From Candidatus Jorgensenbacteria bacterium (GTDB lineage: Bacteria > Patescibacteriota > Minisyncoccia > UBA6257 > GWB1-50-10): DNA of 56,418 nucleotides. The stretch lies in assembly GCA_043797305.1 (NCBI GenBank), contig JAZDPW010000012.1:1-56418 (forward strand). Direction: 5' to 3'. Positions 42,729 to 50,481 of this stretch are shown piece after piece. The position numbers and the translations under genes were made by a program. The first letter of the stretch is position 1. Each line of letters starts with the position of its first letter. The notes beneath the pieces were generated by a model. It was given only the letters and a program-made list of their open reading frames with translations. It was not told the DNA's origin and did no database searches.

Positions 42729-43469
42729 TTACTCCGGAACCATTACGCCAATGGTCCAGAGGAGAACTAAGCCAAGGATTATAAGTAAGAGGTGGGTGAA
42801 CTCTTCCGGTTTGCCTTTATGGTGAAGCTCGGGCATCAAATCGGACATGGCGATGTAGATGAATATCCCGCCGGCAAAGGCGGTGAGGATCGGGACGGCG
42901 TTCGGAATAAAGGGAATAAGAAAATACCCCGCAATTGCGCCAACCGGAGTGGTAAGAGCGGTCAAGAAATTATAAAGGAGAACCTTGCTTTTGCTGTAAC
43001 CGGCGTGGAGCAGAACTCCGAAGTCGCCGATTTCCTGTGGCACTTCGTGGAAAAAGATGGCAATGGTGGTGGCGATTCCGACCGGAGTGCCGAGGCTGAA
43101 ACTCAAAGCGATGATTACCCCGTCAATGAAATTGTGAATAGTATCACCAAAAAGGATAGTACCCGAAAAACTGTGGAACTCGCACCCTTCTATGTCGTGG
43201 CAGTGATACCAGCGGAGAAACTTTTCGAAGATAAAGAGCAGGAGGATGCCCGCCAGGGTAAAAATGAAAACATTTTTCCCGTCGCCGGCCGCTTCGAGCG
43301 CTTCGGGCAGAAGGTCAAAAAAGGCGGCGCCCAAAAGAGCTCCGATTGCAAAACTCACGAAAAAAAGAGAAGCCTTTCTTGCAACAACCTCCCTGGTAAG
43401 CAAAATAATCCCGCCCACGAGGGCGAAGACGCTGCCGACTAAACTTGCGATGATGATTTGGGCTAACAT
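42729..43469 (-). CDS. zupT: ZIP family metal transporter
   Basis: HNFIDG and HEVPQEIGDFGVL motifs in a polytopic protein. Confidence 0.8.
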   Translation of the reverse strand: MLAQIIIASLVGSVFALVGGIILLTREVVARKASLFFVSFAIGALLGAAFFDLLPEALEAAGDGKNVFIFTLAGILLLFIFEKFLRWYHCHDIEGCEFHSFSGTILFGDTIHNFIDGVIIALSFSLGTPVGIATTIAIFFHEVPQEIGDFGVLLHAGYSKSKVLLYNFLTALTTPVGAIAGYFLIPFIPNAVPILTAFAGGIFIYIAMSDLMPELHHKGKPEEFTHLLLIILGLVLLWTIGVMVPE

Positions 43470-43474
43470 TTATG

Positions 43475-43546
43475 TGCCGCGGGAGGGAATCGAACCCCCG
43501 ACGCCAGCCTCTTCGGGGCTGCGCTCTGCCACTGAGCTACCGCGGC
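43475..43546 (-). tRNA. tRNA-Phe (anticodon GAA) with C at position 33
   Basis: GCCGCGG/CCGCGGC acceptor, anticodon stem CAGCC/GGCTG, loop CCGAAGA. Confidence 0.75.
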
Positions 43547-43652
43547 GTTTTACCTCCTTTTCCATTCCAAAAGCTTTTAGCATTTTATTGTATTTTTTCT
43601 TGAGAAACAAGGTCGGAGAACGATTTCATTTTCGCCGCCAAAATTAACGCCA

Positions 43653-44294
43653 TTACTTAATAATCTGCCCGCCGATTTTCTCCGCCGTTTCCTCGGCCGC
43701 CGCTTCTTTTTTGATGAACGATTTCAGGAAATGCTTGGTGCCGAAGATGATAATCAAGATAATGACGACAACTACAATCTGTAAATTCCGGAAGAGGTCT
43801 ACTCCTTGGAGAACAATAAAGCCGGAAGCAATGAGAAAATAAACTATGCTGTTGCCGCCAAGCCAGAGGGCGTTTGCTATTAGTCTTGTCTTGGAGAATT
43901 TTACCCAGCTCATTTTCGTCCAGCCGCTCAAAGTCAGCATCGCGATGTTCATGTAAGCTACGAACCGGGAAAGAATGAGGAGTAGAGTAGCGTTTTTATT
44001 GACGTGAAACTCCACCCGGGCGTAATGAGGAATTTTCCTTTCAATGAAACGGCCAAAGCGGCTGTCGTTGAAATAGCGTCCGAGAAAATAAAAAAAATTT
44101 TCGTAGACGAATACGCTCATCCCGGCCGCGAACAGGAAACTACCAATTGTGAGGTGCCCTGTAACGACGAGATACATCGAAAGAAGCATCGTAATTTCAC
44201 CCTGAAGGAGTATTCCCACGGCAATTATCACGTGCCGCCAGGCATAATGGGTCATTATGAATTGTCCGGCCGTCTCAATTATCTGGTTGTCCAC
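43653..44294 (-). CDS. DedA/VTT-domain family membrane protein
   Basis: 213 aa and polytopic, with a general DedA-like pattern (…GE.T.L....LV..G….F..G…). Judged by eye. Confidence 0.5.
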   Translation of the reverse strand: MDNQIIETAGQFIMTHYAWRHVIIAVGILLQGEITMLLSMYLVVTGHLTIGSFLFAAGMSVFVYENFFYFLGRYFNDSRFGRFIERKIPHYARVEFHVNKNATLLLILSRFVAYMNIAMLTLSGWTKMSWVKFSKTRLIANALWLGGNSIVYFLIASGFIVLQGVDLFRNLQIVVVVIILIIIFGTKHFLKSFIKKEAAAEETAEKIGGQIIK

Positions 44295-44334
44295 GAGTCC
44301 ATTATACCTTAAAATTATTTAGGGAGATTAAGCC

Positions 44335-44724
44335 ATGATTATTAATTCGGAAAACGTGAGATTCAAAGCGGCGCGCTCTTCGGGTCCGGGTGGACAAAAA
44401 GCCAACCGCCGTTCGACAAAGGTCCAGCTTTGGGTTAAAATAGGGGACCTGGCCTTAAGTTCTCTGGAAAAGAAGAGATTAAGGAAGAAACTTGTGCGTC
44501 ACATCAATCATCTCGACGAACTTCAGGTAGAGAACGAAGAAGAGCGCTCGCAGAAAATGAATCGGGAGAATGCGTTCAGAAAGTTAAATGAATTGATAAG
44601 CGGGGCGCTTAAAGTTCCCAAGAAACGAGTCCCGACCTTGCCGCGCCGGAGCGCCGAGGAGGCGAGAATTCGCGCCAAGAAAATTAAAAGCGAGAAAAAG
44701 AGGGGCAGGCGGATAGTTCATTAG
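44335..44724 (+). CDS. arfB: Alternative ribosome-rescue factor ArfB-like peptidyl-tRNA hydrolase
   Basis: GGQ motif SGPGGQKANRRSTKV in a 129-aa protein with a basic C-terminal tail. Confidence 0.8.
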   Translation: MIINSENVRFKAARSSGPGGQKANRRSTKVQLWVKIGDLALSSLEKKRLRKKLVRHINHLDELQVENEEERSQKMNRENAFRKLNELISGALKVPKKRVPTLPRRSAEEARIRAKKIKSEKKRGRRIVH

Positions 44725-44752
44725 TAATTAGAAATTTGTAAGATTAAGATAT

Positions 44753-44827
44753 GGTGCCTATGGTGTAGTGGTAACACAACGCTCTGTGGCAGCGTTATCA
44801 CCGGTTCAAATCCGGTTAGGCACCCCA
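44753..44827 (+). tRNA. tRNA-His (anticodon GUG)
   Basis: An extra G-1 opposite C73, anticodon loop CTGTGGC. CCA is encoded. Confidence 0.85.
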
Positions 44828-44874
44828 CAAATTAAGTGTAAGAAACGTTTTAACGTAAGAGTCGTTTTAAATAT

Positions 44875-45684
44875 ATGGCAAAAATAATACTTTCGTTATT
44901 AGTCGCGTTCACTCTCGTCGCACCGGCGGCGGCGCAGACTACAACCGACGGTTTTCGTGACAAAAATCGCGAGGTTAAGGAAGAGTTTCAAAAAGAGAGG
45001 GAGGAGTTCAAGGCAACGACGACGGCAATAAAGGAAGAGTTCAGAACCGATATAAAAACTCTCCGGGGCGAGGACCGTGAGGCTTTTGAGAAAAAGAGGG
45101 AAGAGGCCAAAGATGAGCTTGAGAAACGTCGGGAGGAATTCAAACAAAAACTCGAAAACGAGAGAGAAGAGGTCAAAGAGCGCTTGGAAACCGCCCGGGA
45201 AGAATTGAAGGTGCGCCTGAAAAAAATTAAAGACGAAAAGAAAGTGGAAATCGTTGGCCGCTTAAGCGGGAGCGTAAACTCCTTAAATGAGAAGCTGACA
45301 AATCATTTCCTGGAAGTTTTGGAGAAATTAGACAAGGTTTTAGACAACGTTACGAGCCGGACCGACAAGGCCGAAGCTCACGAGCTTGACGTTTCGGCGG
45401 TTCGGACCGCCATCACTGCGGCCGAGATCGCCATTGCTTCCGCGAGGGGTGCAGTTGAAACCCAGGCCGGGAAAACTTACTCGTTCAACATTACCACGGA
45501 GGAAAATCTGAAAGTTGACGTGGGCGCGGCGCGGCAGGCGCTCCATAACGACTTAACGGCGGTGAAAGAGATTGTCCGGACCGCCCACGTTGCCGTAAAA
45601 GATGCGGCGGTTAAGCTCGCTCAAATTCCGCGGGTTGACGACCTGGAGGTTGAAACGGACGACGCAACCTCAACAACGCCTTAA
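44875..45684 (+). CDS. Secreted Glu/Lys-rich coiled-coil hypothetical protein
   Basis: Signal peptide MAKIILSLLVAFTLVAPAAAQ and repeated (K/R)EEFK segments. Confidence 0.5.
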   Translation: MAKIILSLLVAFTLVAPAAAQTTTDGFRDKNREVKEEFQKEREEFKATTTAIKEEFRTDIKTLRGEDREAFEKKREEAKDELEKRREEFKQKLENEREEVKERLETAREELKVRLKKIKDEKKVEIVGRLSGSVNSLNEKLTNHFLEVLEKLDKVLDNVTSRTDKAEAHELDVSAVRTAITAAEIAIASARGAVETQAGKTYSFNITTEENLKVDVGAARQALHNDLTAVKEIVRTAHVAVKDAAVKLAQIPRVDDLEVETDDATSTTP

Positions 45685-45693
45685 TAAAAATGA

Positions 45694-45827
45694 ATCCCGT
45701 TAGAAGTCCTTGGCACTAAAAATTTCACAGAAATTTTTATGCTCGGTGCTAACAGGGACAAACCAAAAAATCACTATTTACTAATATAACAAGGTCAACA
45801 TCAAATAAAACAGGCTTCTAACGGGAT
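45694..45827 (+). repeat. TIR-bounded intergenic element, copy 2 (134 nt)
   Basis: ATCCCGTTAGAAG (45694-45706) is the inverted complement of CTTCTAACGGGAT (45815-45827). Colinear with copy 1 across its full length, with mostly matching sequence. The right repeat contains ATG 45826. Confidence 0.85.
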
Positions 45828-46047
45828 GAAAAAAACCTTAACGATTGTTATCATAGTAATCGTTCTTGCCTTGGTTATCTGGTTTATTTTTCGCTCGCCC
45901 GAGCCGGTTTTTTCGCCGGAGGCGGGGACGACTGGGGTTTTGGGAGGTGACACAACTTCGGCTATTAATAACGACTTAAACAGCCTGGACTTAGGTGACC
46001 TGGATAGTGAATTCCAGCAGATTGACGCTGATTTAAACCAACTCTAG
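45826..46047 (+). CDS. Small N-terminally anchored protein
   Basis: 73 aa. MKKTLTIVIIVIVLALVIWFIF TM segment followed by an acidic tail. Confidence 0.5.
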   Translation: MKKTLTIVIIVIVLALVIWFIFRSPEPVFSPEAGTTGVLGGDTTSAINNDLNSLDLGDLDSEFQQIDADLNQL

Positions 46048-46065
46048 AAACGAAATAATGCTAAT

Positions 46066-46100
46066 CGGCGCGAAGGCGTTTCGCGCCGGTTCGCGTTTTG
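46066..46100 (+). terminator. Hairpin terminator
   Basis: CGGCGCGAA-ggcgt-TTCGCGCCG followed by GTTCGCGTTTTG. An outer pairing AATCGGCGC/GCGCCGATT is also possible. Confidence 0.5.
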
Positions 46101-46131
46101 ATTGGCGCCGATTCGCTTCTATAATATTTAT

Positions 46132-46701
46132 ATGAAGACCAGGTTTTTTACGGGTGACGGCGATAACGGAGAGAGCAAAATCGGCAACAATAAGGTATCA
46201 AAAAGCAGTCCGGTTATCGATTTGCTCGGTTCTCTCGATGAGCTTAATTCCTGGGTCGGTTTTTCCAAAGTCGAAGCCCAAAAAAATTCCGCCGGATTAT
46301 CGGACGTTGCCATCCCAACCGTCTTAAAAGAAGTGCAGGAAATACTCTTTATCATTCAAGCCGAGGTTGCCGGCATAAGCTTCGGTTATGAGAAGCATCC
46401 GAAGACGGAAGAAAAGCACACCAGGGGACTGGAAGAAACCATAGGGGAAATAGACACGATTCTCCCGCCGCTCAAGAGTTTCGTCATTGTCGGCGGCAGC
46501 GAGCTTTCAGCCCGGCTTGATGTTGCAAGGACGTTTGCCCGCCGGACCGAGCGGATTGCCAAAAGAGTGAGCGAGGAAAAGGAGTTGCCGACCCCACTCC
46601 TTCAATACTTGAACCGGCTCTCAAGCCTGTTTTTCGCTCTCGCCCGATACGTCAATTTCAAACTCGGTTACGAAGAAGAACACCCTAATTACTCCGCTTG
46701 A
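46132..46701 (+). CDS. ATP:cob(I)alamin adenosyltransferase, PduO type
   Basis: FTGDGDNGES... and LGSLDELNSWVG motifs. TATAAT lies 6 nt upstream of ATG 46132. Confidence 0.8.
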   Translation: MKTRFFTGDGDNGESKIGNNKVSKSSPVIDLLGSLDELNSWVGFSKVEAQKNSAGLSDVAIPTVLKEVQEILFIIQAEVAGISFGYEKHPKTEEKHTRGLEETIGEIDTILPPLKSFVIVGGSELSARLDVARTFARRTERIAKRVSEEKELPTPLLQYLNRLSSLFFALARYVNFKLGYEEEHPNYSA

Positions 46702-46704
46702 ATT

Positions 46705-47868
46705 ATGAAGAAAATATATTTGGATTGCGCGGCAACGACGCCGGTTGATAAGAGAGTGCTTGAAGCAATGCTGCCTTATTTCGGCAGTCCGCCGGCTGGC
46801 GGATACGGCAATGCCGGGTCGCTCCACTCTTTCGGCCGGGAAGCGATTGCCGCCATCGATTCGGCCCGCAACGATGTCGCGAAAGCGATCGGCGCGGAGT
46901 ACGGAGACGTAATTTTTGCCGGAAGCGCCACCGAGGCGAATAACTTGGTGCTTCGCGGCGTCCTAAAAACCGGCAACCGTAAATCGAAACCAAAAATCAT
47001 CGTATCGGCAATAGAGCATGAATCGGTTTTGGAAACCGCCCGGGATTTGGGGAAAGAAGGCGTCGAGGTTGTTATTCTGCCGGTAAACGGGGAGGGCTTT
47101 GTCGATTTGGAAAAATTCAAATCTTCCCTGGACGAACGGATTGTTCTGGTTTCGGTGATGTATGCCAATAACGAAATCGGAACGATTCAGCCGATTGCCG
47201 AAATTTCCAAAATCGTAAAAGAATTCAATTATAAAATCTTTTTCCATACTGACGCGGTCCAGGTATTCCAGTACCTGGACTGCAACGTAAACGTGCTCGG
47301 GGTGGATTTCCTGACCTTATCGGCTCATAAGATTTATGGGCCCAAAGGAGTTGGTGCGCTTTTTATCCGCAACCGGCAATCAGCGGCCCATAATCTGAAA
47401 CCCGTGATTACCGGCGGCGGCCAGGAATTCGGCCTACGTTCCGGCACCGAGAACGTTCCGTCAATTGTTGGTTTTGCCAAAGCCGTGGAATTAGTGAACC
47501 ATTCGCGCGAATCGGAGAATGGACGGGTCGCAAAATTGCGTGATTACTTTTTTGAAGAGATTAGGAAGATATACCCGCCGTCCTTGCGGAACGGCGGAGA
47601 GCCGGCGTTGCCGAATATTTTAAACGTTTATTTCCCCGGCCACCGGGCCGAGGACTTGCTTGTTAAGTTCGACAGAGCCGGTATCGCGGTTTCCGCCGGT
47701 TCGGCTTGCCAATCCCGTGCCGCCCGCCCCTCGCACGTGCTCCAGGCACTCGGATTTCCCGAAGAGCGGGTAAAATCAAGCATCCGTTTCAGTTTTGGAA
47801 GACCTACCACCGATTCTGAAATCAAAACCGTTTTGAAAAGAGTAGAAGAGATGAAGATTTTAGCTTAA
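46705..47868 (+). CDS. Cysteine desulfurase (NifS/IscS family)
   Basis: YLDCAATTP start, PLP lysine SAHKIYGPKG, and active-site GSACQS. Confidence 0.9.
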   Translation: MKKIYLDCAATTPVDKRVLEAMLPYFGSPPAGGYGNAGSLHSFGREAIAAIDSARNDVAKAIGAEYGDVIFAGSATEANNLVLRGVLKTGNRKSKPKIIVSAIEHESVLETARDLGKEGVEVVILPVNGEGFVDLEKFKSSLDERIVLVSVMYANNEIGTIQPIAEISKIVKEFNYKIFFHTDAVQVFQYLDCNVNVLGVDFLTLSAHKIYGPKGVGALFIRNRQSAAHNLKPVITGGGQEFGLRSGTENVPSIVGFAKAVELVNHSRESENGRVAKLRDYFFEEIRKIYPPSLRNGGEPALPNILNVYFPGHRAEDLLVKFDRAGIAVSAGSACQSRAARPSHVLQALGFPEERVKSSIRFSFGRPTTDSEIKTVLKRVEEMKILA

Positions 47869-47872
47869 TTTT

Positions 47873-47909
47873 AGCAAATACGAACGATCGCTCGTATTTG
47901 CTATTTTTG
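47873..47909 (+). terminator. Intrinsic terminator after the cysteine desulfurase gene
   Basis: AGCAAATACGA-acgatcgc-TCGTATTTGCT followed by ATTTTTG. Confidence 0.8.
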
Positions 47910-48006
47910 ATTCGCCGGGGTTTTTACTATATCTTTTTAAGTAGCTCATGGATATGTGAAGCTCGAAGATATTGTGGCTCGAGACTTAACTTGGAGGGTG
48001 GAAGCC

Positions 48007-48171
48007 ATGCTAACTTTCGTTCCGTTGCTGGCTGCCCCGTTTCTGGTGGTGGCCGCGGTTCTCGCGTTTGAAGGGTGGATCAGCAAGGGCGGCCGGTTGC
48101 GAGGTCTTTTGTTGGTCTCGGCGATCGTCGCTCTTTTCACCTGCGGTTGGCTGATAAGCCCTACTCCCTAA
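48007..48171 (+). CDS. Small two-TM membrane protein in a GC-rich islet
   Basis: 54 aa from the internal ATG, which has GGAGGG 8 nt upstream. Two hydrophobic segments are separated by KGGRLRG. Confidence 0.4.
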   Translation: MLTFVPLLAAPFLVVAAVLAFEGWISKGGRLRGLLLVSAIVALFTCGWLISPTP

Positions 48172-48199
48172 CTATAGGAATGGCCTTCCTCATCGCGCT

Positions 48200-48240
48200 C
48201 GCCCCGGAGGTGAAACTATCCCCGGGGCGGTTCGTTTTAA
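48200..48240 (+). terminator. GC-rich hairpin terminator closing the islet
   Basis: CGCCCCGG (48200-48207) pairs with CCGGGGCG (48222-48229), followed by GTTCGTTTTA. Confidence 0.5.
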
Positions 48241-48291
48241 AGAATATGAGGGTTGACTACCTCATTTAATTAATTAAAATTAATTCTATGA

Positions 48292-48423
48292 ATCCCGTTA
48301 GAAGTTCTCGGCAGAAAATTTTAGGTTAAAATTTTTTGCTCGGAACGAACGGGTCAAGTGAGAAAATCAAAATTATTTTAGAATAAATACAAAAGTCGCG
48401 TAAATACAAACTTCTAACGGGAT
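48292..48423 (+). repeat. TIR-bounded intergenic element, copy 3 (132 nt)
   Basis: ATCCCGTTAGAAG (48292-48304) is the inverted complement of CTTCTAACGGGAT (48411-48423). The internal hairpin is retained through compensatory changes. The right repeat contains ATG 48422. Confidence 0.85.
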
Positions 48424-49213
48424 GAAAGAAACAACAAAAAATTATTTGGGGGTCGCGATAATCATTTCCATTCTCATTGTCGCTTTTTCGTCCTGGAGCT
48501 TCGTTCGTTCCTATTCCCGCTCGATTGAGCCGTCGTCTTTCCGGAGCTTTTCGGTTTCCGGTGAGGGAAAAATTGTCGCTGTGCCCGACGTGGCGGAATT
48601 CTCTTTTAGTGTGATTACCCAGGGCGGTACCGATATCGCGAGCTCCCAGAAAACAAACACGGAAAAAACCAATGCCGCGATAGATTTCGTTAAATCCAAA
48701 GGAGTGGACGCGAAAGATATAAAAACGGCGAGCTACAACCTAGAACCGCGCTACCAGTATTACAACTGCCTCCCGAATTACCTTGAGGACGGCAGTGTGC
48801 GGCCCTGTCCGCCGGCCGAGATTGTCGGCTACACCGTGACCCAAACCGTTCTCGTGAAAGTCCGGGACTTTACCAAAATCGGTGATATCTTGGGAGGGGT
48901 TGTTGGCGCGGGCGCAAACAGCGTTTCCCAACTGAGCTTTACGATTGACGACGAAGAAAAAGTTCAGGCGGAAGCAAGGGAAGAAGCAATAAACGTAGCC
49001 AAGGGAAAAGCCGAGTCTATTGCCAAAGCCGCGGGTTTTAGCGTGGGCCGCCTTCTCTCCATCAGCGAATCGGGTGTTTATCCGCGGGCCTATTACGCTA
49101 AGGAAATGGCTTACGGCCTAGGCGGTGGAGATACGGCCGCCGCCGTGCCGAGCATAGAACCCGGCTCGCAAGAAGTAACCGTAGACGTTACTCTCACTTA
49201 CGAAATTCGTTAA
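48422..49213 (+). CDS. SIMPL (DUF541) domain protein
   Basis: N-terminal anchor, then GEGKIVAVPDVAEFSFSV...NLEPRY...GYTV.Q.V.V, typical of SIMPL / 26-kDa periplasmic proteins. Confidence 0.7.
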   Translation: MKETTKNYLGVAIIISILIVAFSSWSFVRSYSRSIEPSSFRSFSVSGEGKIVAVPDVAEFSFSVITQGGTDIASSQKTNTEKTNAAIDFVKSKGVDAKDIKTASYNLEPRYQYYNCLPNYLEDGSVRPCPPAEIVGYTVTQTVLVKVRDFTKIGDILGGVVGAGANSVSQLSFTIDDEEKVQAEAREEAINVAKGKAESIAKAAGFSVGRLLSISESGVYPRAYYAKEMAYGLGGGDTAAAVPSIEPGSQEVTVDVTLTYEIR

Positions 49214-49234
49214 AACCAATAAGTTAAATTTCGC

Positions 49235-50452
49235 ATGAAGAGCAGAAACCTATTAGTAATAGTGATTGTTTCGGCCCTCCTGGGCGGAGTTTTCGGTTCC
49301 CTGATTTCCGCCGAAACGTCCCGGGCGAATTTTTTTGAGGATATCCTTAAATTTTTCCAGCCGGTCGAAATCGGGTGGCAGGAAGAAACGGTTCCGTCCG
49401 GTGAAACCGGGCTTTATAAACCCGCCCTCGATTACGAAGAGGCGGTGATAGCGGCGGTTGAAGAGGCGGCCCCCAGCGTTGTTTCGATAGCCGTTACCAA
49501 AGATTTGCCGATTATCGTCAATTGTCAGCGTGACCCGTTTGAAGGCGTTGTCCCGCCGGAGTTTTGGGAGTTTTTCGGCGGGTTTGATTTTTCGGTGCCT
49601 TGCGAGCAGGGGACGGAAAGGAAAGAAGTCGGCGGCGGCAGCGGATTTGTCGTTTCCGAGGACGGCCTTATTTTAACCAACAAGCACGTGGTGGCGGATA
49701 CGGAGGCCGAATACACCGTTCTTACCAATGACGGCGAGAAATACGAGGCTCGGGTTTTGGCAAGGGACCCGGTTCAGGATATCGCCATTATAAAAATCGA
49801 GGCCCAGGGATTGAAACCGGCTAAACTTGGCGATTCCGATTCAATCAAGCTTGGTCAAACCGCTATTTCAATCGGCAACTCCTTGGGGGAGTTTCGTAAT
49901 ACCGTCTCGGTTGGGGTAATTTCCGGCCTTTCGAGAACGATTACGGCAAGCGGCGAAGGTATCGGCACCGAAGTTATTCAGGGAGTGATTCAGACGGATG
50001 CGGCCATAAATCCGGGCAATTCCGGCGGCCCGCTCCTTAACCTTAAAGGCGAGGTAATTGGCATAAATGTAGCCGTTGTTTCCGACGCCCAAAGCATCGG
50101 TTTTGCCATTCCGGTGAATTTTGCCCGTCGCGATATCGAATCGGTTAAAATTTCCGGCGATATCAAAGTTCCTTATTTGGGCGTCCGTTACCTTTCGGAA
50201 GAAGAAGGAGCGCGCCTTCGGGGGAACGAAGACGGTCCGGCGGTAATGCCCGGTTCGCCGGCGGAGGTTGCCGGACTTAAAGCGGAGGACATCATTCTTG
50301 AATTGAACGGCGAGAAAGTTTCTTCCGAGAAACTGCTCGGCTTTTTAATCCAAAAATACAATATTGGCGATACAGTTACTTTGAAGATAAAAAGAGGGGA
50401 AGAAGCCTTGGAATTAAAAGCAACTCTTGAAGAGAGGCCGGAACTACCTTAA
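49235..50452 (+). CDS. HtrA/DegP-type serine protease with PDZ domain
   Basis: Catalytic triad contexts TNKHVV, DIAIIK and GNSGGPLLN, with a C-terminal PDZ domain. Confidence 0.85.
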   Translation: MKSRNLLVIVIVSALLGGVFGSLISAETSRANFFEDILKFFQPVEIGWQEETVPSGETGLYKPALDYEEAVIAAVEEAAPSVVSIAVTKDLPIIVNCQRDPFEGVVPPEFWEFFGGFDFSVPCEQGTERKEVGGGSGFVVSEDGLILTNKHVVADTEAEYTVLTNDGEKYEARVLARDPVQDIAIIKIEAQGLKPAKLGDSDSIKLGQTAISIGNSLGEFRNTVSVGVISGLSRTITASGEGIGTEVIQGVIQTDAAINPGNSGGPLLNLKGEVIGINVAVVSDAQSIGFAIPVNFARRDIESVKISGDIKVPYLGVRYLSEEEGARLRGNEDGPAVMPGSPAEVAGLKAEDIILELNGEKVSSEKLLGFLIQKYNIGDTVTLKIKRGEEALELKATLEERPELP

Positions 50453-50481
50453 TATACGAATCAAGCGCGGATAAAAGTTAT

